From the NCBI GenBank assembly GCA_963804995.1, contig CAWDSK010000006.1, forward strand, positions 384,001 through 448,000: a stretch of DNA of 64,000 bases. The letters run 5' to 3'. Positions 37,872 to 49,107 of this stretch are shown one piece after another. The notes under the pieces were generated by a model, which had not been told where the DNA came from, did no database searches, and was given only the letters and a program-made list of their open reading frames with translations. How positions within the stretch are numbered: position 1 is the first letter of the stretch; each line of letters begins with the position of its first letter. Made by a program: the position numbers and the translations under genes. This stretch comes from an uncultured Acidobacteriota bacterium. Lineage in GTDB: Bacteria > Acidobacteriota > Terriglobia > UBA7540.

Positions 37872-39884
37872 ATGCGAAAAACGGTCAAGGAAACTCGCTT
37901 CCCCAAGATCGTTAAACGGTTCAGTGTTGTCGTGGCGGGGGCTCTCATTTTATGCGCGTGCCTTGCGCTCATCGTGCGAGGGACGCCAGCCGTAGCCCCA
38001 GATTCCACTGCGAGCCAACCGAAGTACGAGATCGCATTATACAAAAACGTCATGATTACCATGCGCGACGGCGTAAAGCTGGCGTGCGACATCTACCGCC
38101 CCGCCCTCCACGGCGTCCCTGTGGAAGGGAAATTCCCTGTTCTCATGGAGCGGACCCCCTACGGGAAATCTACCATAGAGGAATGGGCTAACTTCTTCGT
38201 GCCGCGCGGATACATCGCGGTAGGCCAGGACGTGCGCGGGCGCAACGACTCTGAGGGTGCGTGGCGGCCCTTCCGCGATGATGGACACGATGGGTATGAC
38301 ACGGTCAAGTGGATTGGCGAGCAACCCTGGTCGGACGGCAATGTCGGCACGGTGGGAACCTCCTATCCGGGAGGAACGCAGCACGCGCTGGCGCTCGCCA
38401 ATCCTCCCTATCTCAAGGCCATGATTCCCGGCGATGCCATGTCGGATTTCGGCCGCTACGGAGTTCGCCACAACGGCGCGTTCGAGATGCGCTGGATGAA
38501 CTGGATTTTCAACATCGGCGGCCCTAAAGGGAGCCATGAGTCACGCAATCCTGAGACCCGTGACGCGCTTCTGAGATTGGGAGAGCAGGTCCGGGAGTAC
38601 GCGCGCGGCATGCCCCTGCGCCGCGGCACCACCCCGCTGCAATTGATCCCGGACTATGAAGACTGGCTGGTGGAAGCAATGTCGCACGGCGACTATGACG
38701 ACTTTTGGAAGAACTCCGGAGACGACGTGGTTGAGCACGTCGCCGAATACAAAGACATCCCCGTCTACCACCAGGGAGGCTGGTACGACTCATGGGGAAC
38801 GCCGGTGGCCAACCTGAATTACGCCACCCTCAGCGAGAACAAGAAGAGCGTGCAGCGCTTGATCATGGGCCCCTGGACGCACCACGCGCGAACGCATAGC
38901 TTTGCCGGGGAAGCAGAATTCGGACCCGACGCCGCCCTTGATTTCAATCAGTTTCAATTGCGCTGGTTCGACCATTGGCTAATAGGGATCGACAATGGGG
39001 TCGATCGCGAGCCGCACGTCCGAATTTTCGTCATGGGGGGCGGAGACGCACACCGCACGCCGGAGGGACGCATCTTTGTGGGAGGGCATTGGCGCGAAGA
39101 GCATGAATGGCCGTTGGCTCGGACCTTGGCCACTCCTTATTACTTGCGCGCAAATGGATTGCTCTCTCCTGAAACGCCCGGCGCCGAATCTCCATCCGCT
39201 TACCAGTTCGATCCTCATCATCCGGTGCCGACCATTGGAGGCAACGTCTCCTCGCAAAATGCTCCTATCACCAATCACAACTCCATCGAACGGCCGGGCG
39301 ACTCCGAGAATCTGATGGAACAGGGCGCCTACGACCAGCGCTGCCGGATATCACTTTGGGTGTGCGACGACACGCGTCCACTCTCCGCCCGCGATGATGT
39401 GCTGGTGTTCGAGACGGGTCCCCTGGCACAGGATGTGGAAGTTACCGGGCGGCTGATTGTGAAGCTGTGGGCCTCCTCGAGCGCCCCCGACACCGATTTC
39501 ACCGCCAAGCTGGTTGACGTATATCCGCCCAACAAGGATTTTCCTGCCGGCGTGGATTTGAACATCGCGGACAGCATTGTGCGTGCGCGCTACCGCAATT
39601 CACTGGAGCACGCGGAATTGATGACGCCGGGCGAAGTGTACCCCTTCACCATCGAAATGTACCCCACGTCTCTGCTTTTTAAGAAAGGGCATCGCATTCG
39701 CGTGGACATCTCGAGCAGCAATTTTCCACGCTTCGACGTGAACCCGAATACCGGCGAGCCTTTGAACAATAACCGGCGTTGGGCGATCGCCGTGAACACG
39801 ATTTACCATGACGCGCAACATCCTTCCCACATCGTGCTGCCGGTCATACCCATGTCCACCGGTTCCACGCGAGCCGGGAAGTAA
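37872..39884 (+). CDS. CocE/NonD family serine hydrolase (peptidase S15-like)
   Basis: MRDGVKLACDIYRP, ERTPYGK, QDVRGR..SEG, GTSYPG nucleophile, GGWYD, MGPWTH, SSSNFPRFDVNPNTG. Confidence 0.93.
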   Translation: MRKTVKETRFPKIVKRFSVVVAGALILCACLALIVRGTPAVAPDSTASQPKYEIALYKNVMITMRDGVKLACDIYRPALHGVPVEGKFPVLMERTPYGKSTIEEWANFFVPRGYIAVGQDVRGRNDSEGAWRPFRDDGHDGYDTVKWIGEQPWSDGNVGTVGTSYPGGTQHALALANPPYLKAMIPGDAMSDFGRYGVRHNGAFEMRWMNWIFNIGGPKGSHESRNPETRDALLRLGEQVREYARGMPLRRGTTPLQLIPDYEDWLVEAMSHGDYDDFWKNSGDDVVEHVAEYKDIPVYHQGGWYDSWGTPVANLNYATLSENKKSVQRLIMGPWTHHARTHSFAGEAEFGPDAALDFNQFQLRWFDHWLIGIDNGVDREPHVRIFVMGGGDAHRTPEGRIFVGGHWREEHEWPLARTLATPYYLRANGLLSPETPGAESPSAYQFDPHHPVPTIGGNVSSQNAPITNHNSIERPGDSENLMEQGAYDQRCRISLWVCDDTRPLSARDDVLVFETGPLAQDVEVTGRLIVKLWASSSAPDTDFTAKLVDVYPPNKDFPAGVDLNIADSIVRARYRNSLEHAELMTPGEVYPFTIEMYPTSLLFKKGHRIRVDISSSNFPRFDVNPNTGEPLNNNRRWAIAVNTIYHDAQHPSHIVLPVIPMSTGSTRAGK

Positions 39885-39938
39885 ACGTACGGCAGGAAAG
39901 AGTCAGGAATCGGAGTTGGAGATAGCCGAGGAGGTCCC

Positions 39939-40322
39939 ATGCTGGGTTCCGCCAAGATCATGGGCTTTGTTCCCACGCGCGACTTCGGGAAAGCTCGCGA
40001 GTTTTATGAAGGTGTGTTGAGGCTGCGCGTGACCGGTGTGGACAATTTTGCATTGGCCCTCGACGCCAATGGAATTATGGTTCGCGTTACGAAGGTTCCC
40101 GAATTCCAGCCGCGGCCCTTCACGATTCTCGGCTGGGAAGTCCCTGACATCGAGCAGGAGGTGGCGGGCCTCGTCGGCGGCGGTGTGCACATGGAGAAGT
40201 ACGGCCTACCTGGACAGGACGAGCGCGGCATCTGGACCGCACCTGGCGGCGCGAAGGTCGCATGGTTCAGGGATCCCGACGGGAATATTCTGTCAGTCAC
40301 AGAGTTTCCTAAGCAGCCTTAG
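39939..40322 (+). CDS. VOC (glyoxalase/bleomycin resistance) family protein
   Basis: KAREFYEGVL, FTILGWEV, AWFRDPDGNILS. RBS GAGGAGG. Confidence 0.9.
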   Translation: MLGSAKIMGFVPTRDFGKAREFYEGVLRLRVTGVDNFALALDANGIMVRVTKVPEFQPRPFTILGWEVPDIEQEVAGLVGGGVHMEKYGLPGQDERGIWTAPGGAKVAWFRDPDGNILSVTEFPKQP

Positions 40323-40349
40323 GAGTCCTCCAGAAAAGCGGCGCCCCCC

Positions 40350-41552
40350 TCATGCGAAGAGCAGCAGAACCCCGGCGAGCAACGCCAGGAAACTTGAAAA
40401 AGCAAATGGTGCGGCGGGCGAGTAGTGCTGCCAGATCCAACCGGCGAGTAAGCTGGCTGGAAGCGCGGCCACACCCACTACCCAATTGAACACTCCGAAA
40501 ACCGAGGCGCGCGAATCGGACGGGGCGAGGTCCGCGACCCAAGCCTTAATCACTCCCTCCGTGAGCGCGTAGTAGCTTCCGTAAACCGCAAAGAGAAACC
40601 AGACAAGGTGCGAATTGCGCAGAAGCGCGAAGCCCGCGTAAACACCCGCGTAAATGAAGTAGCCGGCCACGATCAACAGCCGCCGCGGAATGCGATCAGA
40701 GAGTTTCCCGGCCGGCCAGCTCAGCACCGTGTAGACCGTGTTGAAAAGCAGTCCCAGCGCGGGCGCCATCCAAGCGCTCAGGCCCAGGTTTTGCGCGCGC
40801 AGGATCAGGAACAGGTCGGAGGAATTTCCCAGTGAGAACAACCCCACCGCCACAAGAACCCAGCGCAACTTTCCCGATGGGGCATGGTCTGCGCCACCTA
40901 CGGCCCCCTCCGCGGCGACATCCTTTGTGGGCGGTCTCACTTCCTTCACCGCAAACCACGCGAGCAAGATGCAGGCCAGGCCGGGGATGCCGGCCATCCA
41001 AAAGACAGTGCGAACCTTTCCATGAAACACCGGCAAGAGGAGAATGGCGGCGAGTGGTCCCGCAATCGCCCCCGCCGTATCCATTGCCTGACGCAAGCCG
41101 AATGCCGCTCCCCGGTGCGAGGGGTCAACGGAGTCCGTCAGCAATGCGTCGCGCGGCGCAGCCCGAAATCCTTTGGCGGCACGGTCAACGAAGCGAATCC
41201 AGAAAACCTGTCCCCAAGACCCTGCCACGGCTAGCAACGGCTTCACGAGGTTGGCCAGCGTGTATCCCACCGCGGCCAGCGGCTTGCGGCGGCGCAGGCG
41301 GTCAGCGAGCCAACCCGAGAGCAGGCGTCCAAAGCTCGATACCGTTTCCGCCGCGCCCTCGATCAAACCGAACGCCATGGGCGGAGCACCCAGCACCCCC
41401 ACCAGAAACTGGGGCAGCAACCAATAACTCATCTCGGTCGAGATATCGTTGAAAAATGCCACCCAGGCGAGCATCCAAACGTTGCGGGGCAGTCGATTAC
41501 CTTGATCTGTTGAGGGAAGGCTCCGGGCAGGTGGTTCATTTCCTAAGGCCAT
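40350..41552 (-). CDS. MFS transporter
   Basis: About 12 hydrophobic segments, GWLADRLRRRK motif A, PRDALL, GKLSDRIPRR. Confidence 0.9.
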   Translation of the reverse strand: MALGNEPPARSLPSTDQGNRLPRNVWMLAWVAFFNDISTEMSYWLLPQFLVGVLGAPPMAFGLIEGAAETVSSFGRLLSGWLADRLRRRKPLAAVGYTLANLVKPLLAVAGSWGQVFWIRFVDRAAKGFRAAPRDALLTDSVDPSHRGAAFGLRQAMDTAGAIAGPLAAILLLPVFHGKVRTVFWMAGIPGLACILLAWFAVKEVRPPTKDVAAEGAVGGADHAPSGKLRWVLVAVGLFSLGNSSDLFLILRAQNLGLSAWMAPALGLLFNTVYTVLSWPAGKLSDRIPRRLLIVAGYFIYAGVYAGFALLRNSHLVWFLFAVYGSYYALTEGVIKAWVADLAPSDSRASVFGVFNWVVGVAALPASLLAGWIWQHYSPAAPFAFSSFLALLAGVLLLFA

Positions 41553-41565
41553 GGAGGTTGTCGCC

Positions 41566-41609
41566 AAAAGAAAATCCCGACTCGGAGCAACACGCTTCGA
41601 GTCGGGATT
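41566..41609 (-). terminator. Intrinsic terminator ending the ribosomal superoperon
   Basis: Minus strand AATCCCGACTCG...CGAGTCGGGATT stem followed by TTCTTTT, downstream of rplQ. Confidence 0.8.
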
Positions 41610-41651
41610 CGTAAAGTCAGACTTCGAGGATTTAGAGCGCCCCTTGCGCGC

Positions 41652-42140
41652 CTATTTCTTTTCTTCCTTCGCGTCCTCTTCACCAGGAGGTGGCGCTTGC
41701 TTTTCAGCCTTGGCGGCTTCCTCCGCAGCCTTGCGGCGAGCCTCGGCTTTCTTGGCGCGTTTCTCCGCCAGACGCTGGAGAACTTGACTGTCCACGAACT
41801 CCAGGATCGCCAGGTCCGCGCCATCACCACGGCGCCACCCAGCGTGGACCAGCCGCGTGTACCCACCTGGCCGCGAGGCGTAGCGCTTGGAAAGGTCCTC
41901 AAAAAGGAACTTCACAGCACCCGGATCGAGCAAGTAGCTTGCCGCCTGCCGCCGTGCTTGCAAATCCCCACGCTTGGCCAGCGTGATCATCCATTCTGCC
42001 AGCGGACGCGTGGCCTTTGCCTTGGCAACAGTGGTTTCGATTCGCTCCCCCAGGATTAACGAGGTCACCAGGTTACGCAGCAGGGCGCGCCGGTGTTCCG
42101 TTTTCCGGCTCAGCTTCTTTCCGTAATTCCTATGTCGCAT
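41652..42140 (-). CDS. rplQ: 50S ribosomal protein L17 (with charged C-terminal extension)
   Basis: MRHR...HRRALLRNL, RIETTVAKAK, RPGGYTR, RRGDGA. Confidence 0.97.
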   Translation of the reverse strand: MRHRNYGKKLSRKTEHRRALLRNLVTSLILGERIETTVAKAKATRPLAEWMITLAKRGDLQARRQAASYLLDPGAVKFLFEDLSKRYASRPGGYTRLVHAGWRRGDGADLAILEFVDSQVLQRLAEKRAKKAEARRKAAEEAAKAEKQAPPPGEEDAKEEKK

Positions 42141-42156
42141 GATGGATTACCTGTCC

Positions 42157-43164
42157 TTAAATCTGTTGCTGAGGAAGTTCCGGAACCGGCATCACCGGGT
42201 TGCCCTTCTCATCAAACTTCATCCCCAGGCTCAGTCCCATCGCGGCGAGAATCTCTTTGATCTCGTTCAACGATTTCCGTCCGAAGTTCTTGGTCTTCAG
42301 CATTTCCTGCTCAGTCTTTTGAACGAGCTCGCGGATGGTGGTGATATTGGCGTTCTTCAGGCAGTTGTAAGAGCGAACCGAAAGCTCCAGTTCTTCCACC
42401 GAACGGTCAAGGTTCTCGTTGTAAACCGGGGCCGGCCGTTCCTGCGGAATTTCCTGTACTTCCGCTTCCTCCTCGAAATTGATGAAGATGTTCATGTGAT
42501 CCTTCAGAAGCTTGGCCCCCAGGCCCACAGCATCCTGCGGAGTCACGGCGCCATTCGTCCACACGTCGAGCGTCAACTTATCGTAGTCCGTCATCTGCCC
42601 CAGGCGTGCGGCTTCAACGGTGTAGTTGACCTTGCGCAGCGGCGAGTGCACGGAATCGACGGGAATGTACCCAATGGCCAGGTCCTCGTCAAAATTCTTC
42701 TCCGCCGAAACGTAGCCTCGGCCGATCTTCACCCTCATTTCGATATGGAGACTGCCGCCTTCGCTAACGGTGGCAATGAACACATCCTTGTCAAGAACCT
42801 CGATGTCCGCGTCCTCCTGCAGCATCCGCGACGTCACTTCACCCGGCTTGTCGATGTTCAGGTAGAGCGTCTTGGGACCTTCCACGTTCATCTTCAGAGG
42901 GATTTGTTTCAAATTCAAAATGATATCCGTGGCATCTTCCACTACGCCAGGGATGGATGAGAATTCGTGCATGACGCCTTCGATGCGCACCGCGGTGATC
43001 GCTGCCCCCTCAATGGAAGACAACAGGACGCGGCGCAAGGCGTTGCCGATAGTCGTACCGAAACCACGTTCAAAGGGTTGGGCGGAAAACTGCCCATACT
43101 TGTCGGTCAACGTATCGGTATTCGCTACCAGGCGCTTGGGTTTCTGGAATCCTTTCCAAAGCAT
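42157..43164 (-). CDS. rpoA: RNA polymerase alpha subunit
   Basis: [42 protein letters not shown]. Alternative TTG start at 43173. Confidence 0.98.
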   Translation of the reverse strand: MLWKGFQKPKRLVANTDTLTDKYGQFSAQPFERGFGTTIGNALRRVLLSSIEGAAITAVRIEGVMHEFSSIPGVVEDATDIILNLKQIPLKMNVEGPKTLYLNIDKPGEVTSRMLQEDADIEVLDKDVFIATVSEGGSLHIEMRVKIGRGYVSAEKNFDEDLAIGYIPVDSVHSPLRKVNYTVEAARLGQMTDYDKLTLDVWTNGAVTPQDAVGLGAKLLKDHMNIFINFEEEAEVQEIPQERPAPVYNENLDRSVEELELSVRSYNCLKNANITTIRELVQKTEQEMLKTKNFGRKSLNEIKEILAAMGLSLGMKFDEKGNPVMPVPELPQQQI

Positions 43165-43227
43165 CTCGTTCAAACCTCCCTTGGAACCCGCCTTGACGGG
43201 TCCTTGTCCAGCACACGCCGATCCAGA

Positions 43228-43857
43228 CTACTTCGAGTACAGTTCGACAACCATCTGCTCTTGAATGGGGAAATTCACGTCCTCGCGTTTGGGCAGCGTG
43301 ATGACCTTCGCCTTCAGGGTCTCGCGGTCCAATTGCAGCCAGGGCGGAATGCTTCGGCCTCCGGAAAGATCGAGAGAGCGCTGCACCGCGGTCATGTTCC
43401 GGCTCTTCTCGCGCAGCGCGATTTCCTGCCCCGGGGCGACGGCAAACGAGGGGATGTTGACCTTGCGGCCCGAAACTTGGATGTGTCCGTGACGGACCAA
43501 TTGCCGGGCTCCTGCACGCGAAGCTGCCAGGCCCAGCCGGTAGACGGTGTTGTCGAGCCGACGCTCAAGCATCAGTAGCAGGTTTTCGCCGGTGACGCCC
43601 TTCATGCGGGCAGCCTTCTCAAAATAGCTGCGGAACTGGTCCTCGAGAATGCCATAAAGACGCCGCAGTTTCTGCTTTTCGCGAAGTTGCAGGCCGTAAC
43701 CGACGATTTTAGGCCGCCGCGACTTTCCGTGTTGTCCCGGTGCGAAGTTGCGCTTTTCGATCTCGCACTTGTCCGTCAAGCACCGCTGTCCCTTTAGGAA
43801 CAGCTTGACCCCTTCGCGCCGACAGAGCCGACAAACTGCTTCACGATATCTTGCCAA
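43228..43857 (-). CDS. rpsD: 30S ribosomal protein S4 (Cys/Zn form)
   Basis: [32 protein letters not shown] start. Confidence 0.98.
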   Translation of the reverse strand: MARYREAVCRLCRREGVKLFLKGQRCLTDKCEIEKRNFAPGQHGKSRRPKIVGYGLQLREKQKLRRLYGILEDQFRSYFEKAARMKGVTGENLLLMLERRLDNTVYRLGLAASRAGARQLVRHGHIQVSGRKVNIPSFAVAPGQEIALREKSRNMTAVQRSLDLSGGRSIPPWLQLDRETLKAKVITLPKREDVNFPIQEQMVVELYSK

Positions 43858-43899
43858 ACTAACCTCCCCCGGAACGGAGCCTGCGGTGCGGGCTTCGTC

Positions 43900-44307
43900 C
43901 TAAACTCTCCTGCGCTTGGGCGGGCGGCACCCGTTATGAGGAATGGGTGTCACATCCCGAATGTTGCGCACTTCCAGCCCCGCCGTGGCCAACGCGCGGA
44001 TGGCCGATTCGCGACCGGCTCCCGGTCCCTTTACGCGTACTTCCACACTGCGCATGCCATGGTCGCGGGCCGCGTTGGCAACCCGCATGGCCGCCTGCTG
44101 CGCCGCGAAGGGAGTCCCCTTGCGCGAACCTTTGAAGCCCAGCGAGCCGGCGCTTGACCAGCAAATGACGCGGCCGTCGGAATCGGTGATCGTGACCTGG
44201 GTATTGTTGAAGGTGGCCTGGATGTGCACGACCCCCGTCGGAACAATCCGCTTTTCCTTCTTCTTGAAGACCTTTTTCTTTCCTGCTTTTGCTGCCGCTT
44301 TCGCCAT
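43900..44307 (-). CDS. rpsK: 30S ribosomal protein S11
   Basis: [37 protein letters not shown]. Confidence 0.98.
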   Translation of the reverse strand: MAKAAAKAGKKKVFKKKEKRIVPTGVVHIQATFNNTQVTITDSDGRVICWSSAGSLGFKGSRKGTPFAAQQAAMRVANAARDHGMRSVEVRVKGPGAGRESAIRALATAGLEVRNIRDVTPIPHNGCRPPKRRRV

Positions 44308-44344
44308 GAATCCTCACACAAGAATCTGCTGGTGCCGTGTCCGA

Positions 44345-44731
44345 TTATGTCTTGGCCATGGACCGCTTCTTATTTGCAACCGTGCCCTTGCGCGGTCCTT
44401 TGCGCGTGCGAGCATTGGTGTGGGTACGCTGGCCGCGCACTGGAAGGCTGCGCCGATGCCGCATCCCACGGTATGAACCGATTTCGATGAGCCGCCGGAT
44501 ATTCATCGAGCTTTCTTTGCGCAGGTCGCCTTCCACAGCGCCTTCTTCCTCGATGAGCTGGCGGATTTTCGTGACCTCTTCCTCAGTCAGATCCTTGATC
44601 TTTTTGTCGGGATTGATGCCCGAACGCATGAGAATGGAAAGTGACCGGGCGCGGCCGATTCCATAAATGTAAGTCAGACCGATCTCCGCGCGCTTTTTGG
44701 GGGGAAGATCCACACCCGCGATTCTTGCCAT
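44345..44731 (-). CDS. rpsM: 30S ribosomal protein S13
   Basis: [27 protein letters not shown]. Confidence 0.98.
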   Translation of the reverse strand: MARIAGVDLPPKKRAEIGLTYIYGIGRARSLSILMRSGINPDKKIKDLTEEEVTKIRQLIEEEGAVEGDLRKESSMNIRRLIEIGSYRGMRHRRSLPVRGQRTHTNARTRKGPRKGTVANKKRSMAKT

Positions 44732-44807
44732 TTCATGCCTCCCGTTTCACAAACCTTCGAGGCAGCGACCATGCGGTTCCACACGCGCTGCGCCTCAAAA
44801 CATTAAT

Positions 44808-44921
44808 TTACCCCTGCCGCTGCTTGTGCTTGGGATTCTCGCAAATCACTCGCACCACTCCGCGCCGCCGAACAATCTTGCACTTTGCACAAATCTTCTT
44901 CACTGACGAACGCACCTTCAT
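44808..44921 (-). CDS. rpmJ: 50S ribosomal protein L36 (below ORF-track cutoff)
   Basis: Manual translation [37 protein letters not shown]. Confidence 0.97.
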   Translation of the reverse strand: MKVRSSVKKICAKCKIVRRRGVVRVICENPKHKQRQG

Positions 44922-45031
44922 GAGGTTTCCTCTCACTCCCCGGGCCACAACTCCCAATCAGGTCCCTGTCACATCCTCCAAGGGCCTTCCCGACCTTCTG
45001 TACCTGAGACGCTTCGGTTCTTCTTCCGTGC

Positions 45032-45250
45032 TTACTTATACCGGAAGACAATCCGGCCGCGCGTCAAGTCGTAGGGAGAAAGCTCCACCGCAACCTTGTC
45101 GCCCGGAAGAATGCGTATAAAATTTTTGCGCATCTTTCCGGAAATGTGGGCCAAGACCTGATGTTTGTTGTCCAATTCCACTCGAAACATCGCATTGGGT
45201 AATGCTTCCAGCACCGTAGCCGTAACCTCGATCGCATCTTCCTTCGGCAT
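45032..45250 (-). CDS. infA: Translation initiation factor IF-1
   Basis: [34 protein letters not shown]. Confidence 0.98.
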   Translation of the reverse strand: MPKEDAIEVTATVLEALPNAMFRVELDNKHQVLAHISGKMRKNFIRILPGDKVAVELSPYDLTRGRIVFRYK

Positions 45251-45306
45251 TTCGTGAGGCCTCAATCCCGCCCAGGGCCCCTTCCTGCGGACCCTCGCGG
45301 ATCACC

Positions 45307-46056
45307 CTATAAACGCGTCAAAACGTCAGGTCCATTCCGCGTGACCGCCACCATGTGTTCGAAATGGGCGGACCAACTACCGTCCACCGTAACGGCCGTC
45401 CAATTATCGTCAAGTACGCGCACTGCAGCTCCGCCGGCATTAACCATGGGCTCGATGGCAAAAACCATGCCCTCTTTCAGCAAGGGGCCGTGGCCTGGCT
45501 GGCCGAAATTCGGAATCTGGGGTTCCTCGTGCATAGCCTTGCCGATACCGTGACCCACAAACTCCCTGACCACGGAGAAGCCATTTTTCTCCGCATGGGC
45601 CTGCACCGCCGCCGAAACGTCCCCCAAGCGATTGCCGAGCCGCACCTTGTCGATGGCCAATTCCAGAGCTTCTTCGGTCACCTTCAGCAGACGCTGGGCG
45701 GGTCCATCAATCACACCCACGGGCACGGTCAAGGCGGAATCTCCGTAGTAGCCGTCCAGTATCACACCTGTATCCAAGCTGAGGATATCGCCTTCCTTGA
45801 GCACCTGACGGTCCGACGGGATGCCGTGAATAACTTCACTGTTAAGCGAAGCACACAGGCAGCAAGGGTAACCGCGATAGCCTTTGAATGCTGACCGTGC
45901 GCCCAACTCCTTAAGCCGCTTCACCAAGAACTTTTCCAGGTCAAGTGTCGTAATCCCAGGCCGGACCTGCTCGCGCATTTCTCCCAGGAGTTGCCGGACC
46001 ATCCTGCCGCTTTGCCGCAACTTCTCAATTTCGGCCGGTGACTTACAGATAATCAT
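45307..46056 (-). CDS. map: Methionine aminopeptidase type I
   Basis: VIHGIP, GYYGDSA, FVGHGIG..MHEEP, AIEPM, SAHFEH. Confidence 0.97.
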   Translation of the reverse strand: MIICKSPAEIEKLRQSGRMVRQLLGEMREQVRPGITTLDLEKFLVKRLKELGARSAFKGYRGYPCCLCASLNSEVIHGIPSDRQVLKEGDILSLDTGVILDGYYGDSALTVPVGVIDGPAQRLLKVTEEALELAIDKVRLGNRLGDVSAAVQAHAEKNGFSVVREFVGHGIGKAMHEEPQIPNFGQPGHGPLLKEGMVFAIEPMVNAGGAAVRVLDDNWTAVTVDGSWSAHFEHMVAVTRNGPDVLTRL

Positions 46057-46709
46057 GCTTGCGATAAAAAATCCAGCAGACCTTTGGCAATCGCTTCCGG
46101 ATCCTTGTTGCCATCAAGTTCGTAAAGCACACCTTTGGCACGATAATACTCGATCAGCGGGCTGGTCTGTTTGTGATAGGCTTCCAGCCGTTGCCGGATA
46201 GTTTCCTCGTTGTCGTCTGCGCGTTGGAGCAGTTTGCCGCCATCCTTATCGCAGATCCCTTCCACCTTGGGCGGATTGAAGTTGATATTGTAAATCTCTC
46301 CGCAAACTGAACACGTACGCCGCCCCGTCAGGCGCTTCAATAGCAGCTCTTCATCCACCCGGATGTCGATAACCAGAGGCTTGCCCAATCCCTCCGCCTC
46401 CAACATGAAATCGACGCACCGGGCCTGACTGATGGTGCGTGGAAACCCGTCAAGAATATATCCCTTCCGGCTGTCGGGCTGTCCAACGCGCTCCTGCACG
46501 ATGCCGCAAACAACGTCATCCGGCACCAAGTCGCCAGTCTCCATCCTAGCTTTGGCCGCCAACCCCAAGGGTGTCTGCCTTTTGACGGCATCGCGGAGCA
46601 TGTCACCCGTGGAGATCTGGGGAATGCCGAAGTGTTTGGCGACTTCCCGCGCTTGCGTTCCCTTCCCTGCCCCCGGAGCTCCCAAGAAAATGTACGCGTG
46701 AGCTCGCAT
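46053..46709 (-). CDS. adk: Adenylate kinase (Zn-LID type)
   Basis: GAPGAGKGTQ, ISTGDMLR, ILDGFPRT, CSVCG...CDKDG, QRADD. Confidence 0.97.
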   Translation of the reverse strand: MRAHAYIFLGAPGAGKGTQAREVAKHFGIPQISTGDMLRDAVKRQTPLGLAAKARMETGDLVPDDVVCGIVQERVGQPDSRKGYILDGFPRTISQARCVDFMLEAEGLGKPLVIDIRVDEELLLKRLTGRRTCSVCGEIYNINFNPPKVEGICDKDGGKLLQRADDNEETIRQRLEAYHKQTSPLIEYYRAKGVLYELDGNKDPEAIAKGLLDFLSQA

Positions 46710-46730
46710 GCCTTCCCTCCGAATCCCTGA

Positions 46731-48143
46731 TCAAGAAGCGCGTCGTCCCCGGATTCGCCCCTTCTTCAAGAAGCCCTCGTAGTGCCTCATGATGAGCTGA
46801 GCCTCGACCTGCTGCACAGTATCCATGGCCACTCCCACGACGATCAGAAGCGAGGTGCCACCGAAATAGAAACTCACATTCATTCCGTGCAGGAGCCAGC
46901 CGGGAAAATTGGCGTCGAACCAGGCCCCGCCCATCCAGGTGGGCAGGTGATTCACACGGAGCCCCGCCAGCATGATTTCAGGGATCAGAGCGACCAGGGC
47001 GAGATAGATGCCGCCTACCCAGGTGATCTTGGTAAGAACATCATCTAGATAATCAGCCGTGCGCTTGCCCGGCCGGATGCCCGGCATAAACCCACCCTGC
47101 TTCCGGACGTTATCGGCGACCTCGTCGGGGTTGTAGACAATCGAAAGATAGAAGTGGGCGAAGAAGATAATCATCAATACATATGACAGCGTGTACAGAG
47201 GCTCACCGTAAGCGAACACCCGGGAGAACCAAGCGAGTCCCGCGCCGATATACCGGAAAATTATAAAACTGCTTTGATCCAAGCGAAATAGACTGAGCGT
47301 TTGTGGAAATGTCAAAATCGAGACCGCAAAGATGATGGGCATTACGCCCCCGCTGTTAACCTTGAGCGGGAGATGGGTTGAGACGCCCCCCATGATTCTT
47401 CGTCCGACAACGCGTTTGGCGTATTGAATGGGAATCCGCCGCTCGCCGCGCTCGACCATAACAATGAAGCCCACGATCCCTAACATAAACGCCAGCAAGA
47501 CTAGGAGAATCGGGACACTCCAGACGCGTGTAACGAAAACCTTTTCATAAAGGTCGGCTGCGGCCCTCGGCAGACCAACCACGATGCCCGCAAAAATCAA
47601 CAGCGACATGCCGTTGCCGATGCCGCGCGAGGTGATCTGTTCGCCGAGCCACATGATAAACATTGCCCCGCAGGTCAACGTCAGCACGGTCGTTAAAACA
47701 AACCCCGGCCCCGTGTGGGCCACCACCTGCGGCTGCTTCTGGAGAGCGACAGCGATGCCAAAGGCCTGGAACGCGCTCAGCCCCACGGTCATCCAGCGCG
47801 TATACTCGGTGATTTTGCGCTGGCCCAACTCCCCTTCCTTCTTGAGTTTTTCAAGATGCGGGGAGACCACGGTGAGCAACTGGAGAATGATCGAGGCCGT
47901 GATATAGGGCATGATTCCCAGTGCGAAGACAGACATGCGGCGCAAGCTGCCGCCCGAAAACATCGCCAGCAGTCCGAATAGCGAGCCCGCCAACTGCGCG
48001 AACGCCTGCTCAAAAACCTCAGTATTGATGCCGGGCGTGGGGATAAAGGCACCCAGGCGGTAAACGGCAAGCATCAGCAGGGTGAACAGGATGCGTTTTC
48101 GTAGATCCGGAATCTCGGTGATACTTTTCAGAGACTCGAGCAT
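46731..48143 (-). CDS. secY: Preprotein translocase subunit SecY
   Basis: FALGIMPYITASII, GIGNGMSLLIF, GIRPG, GGTSLLIVVGV. Confidence 0.98.
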   Translation of the reverse strand: MLESLKSITEIPDLRKRILFTLLMLAVYRLGAFIPTPGINTEVFEQAFAQLAGSLFGLLAMFSGGSLRRMSVFALGIMPYITASIILQLLTVVSPHLEKLKKEGELGQRKITEYTRWMTVGLSAFQAFGIAVALQKQPQVVAHTGPGFVLTTVLTLTCGAMFIMWLGEQITSRGIGNGMSLLIFAGIVVGLPRAAADLYEKVFVTRVWSVPILLVLLAFMLGIVGFIVMVERGERRIPIQYAKRVVGRRIMGGVSTHLPLKVNSGGVMPIIFAVSILTFPQTLSLFRLDQSSFIIFRYIGAGLAWFSRVFAYGEPLYTLSYVLMIIFFAHFYLSIVYNPDEVADNVRKQGGFMPGIRPGKRTADYLDDVLTKITWVGGIYLALVALIPEIMLAGLRVNHLPTWMGGAWFDANFPGWLLHGMNVSFYFGGTSLLIVVGVAMDTVQQVEAQLIMRHYEGFLKKGRIRGRRAS

Positions 48144-48592
48144 TACGAAATAACCTCGGCCTTCCCACCAGCCTTTTCGATCTTGTCGCGAGCAGACTTG
48201 GAGAAGACGTGTGCGCAAATGTGCAACGGCGATTTCAGCTCACCGTCACTTAGCACTTTTAGTCCCGTGCCCAATTTCTTCACCAAGCCCCGGGCGACGA
48301 GCAACTCCGGCGTAATCTTCTCTTCCGGCTTGAATTCTTCAAGATCACTCAGGTTCACAATCGCGTAGTGCTTATGGAAAATGTTGGTAAAACCCCGCTT
48401 GGGCAGTCTGCGGTGGAGGGGCATCTGCCCGCCCTCGAATCCCGGCCGCATCCGCATGCCGGCGCGGGACCGTTGTCCCTTCGAACCGCGCGTCGCCGTT
48501 TTGCCGTGACCCGATCCCATTCCCTGCCCGACCCGCTTGGAGCGCTTGTGGGCGCCCTGGGGGGGCCGGAGTGTTTCGATGCGTGTCGCCAT
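48143..48592 (-). CDS. rplO: 50S ribosomal protein L15
   Basis: [25 protein letters not shown]. Confidence 0.98.
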   Translation of the reverse strand: MATRIETLRPPQGAHKRSKRVGQGMGSGHGKTATRGSKGQRSRAGMRMRPGFEGGQMPLHRRLPKRGFTNIFHKHYAIVNLSDLEEFKPEEKITPELLVARGLVKKLGTGLKVLSDGELKSPLHICAHVFSKSARDKIEKAGGKAEVIS

Positions 48593-48603
48593 ATGTCTTC
48601 TGC

Positions 48604-49092
48604 CTATTTCTTGACCGCTTTGGCCGTCTTGCTACCCTTCTTCGGCGATTTTTCTTTCTCAGCAGTTTTGGGTTTGGATTTCGCGACTTTGACCGGCTTA
48701 GCTTTTGCAGCCCGAGCCTTCGCGGTTTTTTCGGTCTCTCCCGCAACAGGAGGGTGGCTTTCCTCACTGGCGGTCTCGACCGTGGTGGTCACATCACTCG
48801 CCGCCTCAGTCCCAGTTGCCTCTGTGGGAGGTGGGACAAGGGCCGCCTCGGGCCGGTACACGGTGTACTCCGGCACTGAGTCCCACCAAGGGGCGGGCGG
48901 GTCGGGAATAATTTCCAGCAGGTGCGGAACTGCGGCCACGATCCCACGAATCTGGGGCGTGTCCGGACGCACCACCGTATGGTTCAGTCGCCTCAACCCC
49001 AAGCTGCGCACGATCGTTTTCTGGTGGTAAGTGAAACCGATTCCGCTGCGCACCCACTTTATCCGAATCATCTTGTGCGTCTTATCTGACAC
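48604..49092 (-). CDS. rpmD: 50S ribosomal protein L30 with about 100-aa C-terminal extension
   Basis: IKWVRSGIG...[19 protein letters not shown]...VPHLL core, in the canonical rpsE-rplO position. Confidence 0.93.
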   Translation of the reverse strand: MSDKTHKMIRIKWVRSGIGFTYHQKTIVRSLGLRRLNHTVVRPDTPQIRGIVAAVPHLLEIIPDPPAPWWDSVPEYTVYRPEAALVPPPTEATGTEAASDVTTTVETASEESHPPVAGETEKTAKARAAKAKPVKVAKSKPKTAEKEKSPKKGSKTAKAVKK

Positions 49093-49107
49093 AGTTCCTC
49101 GACCTCG

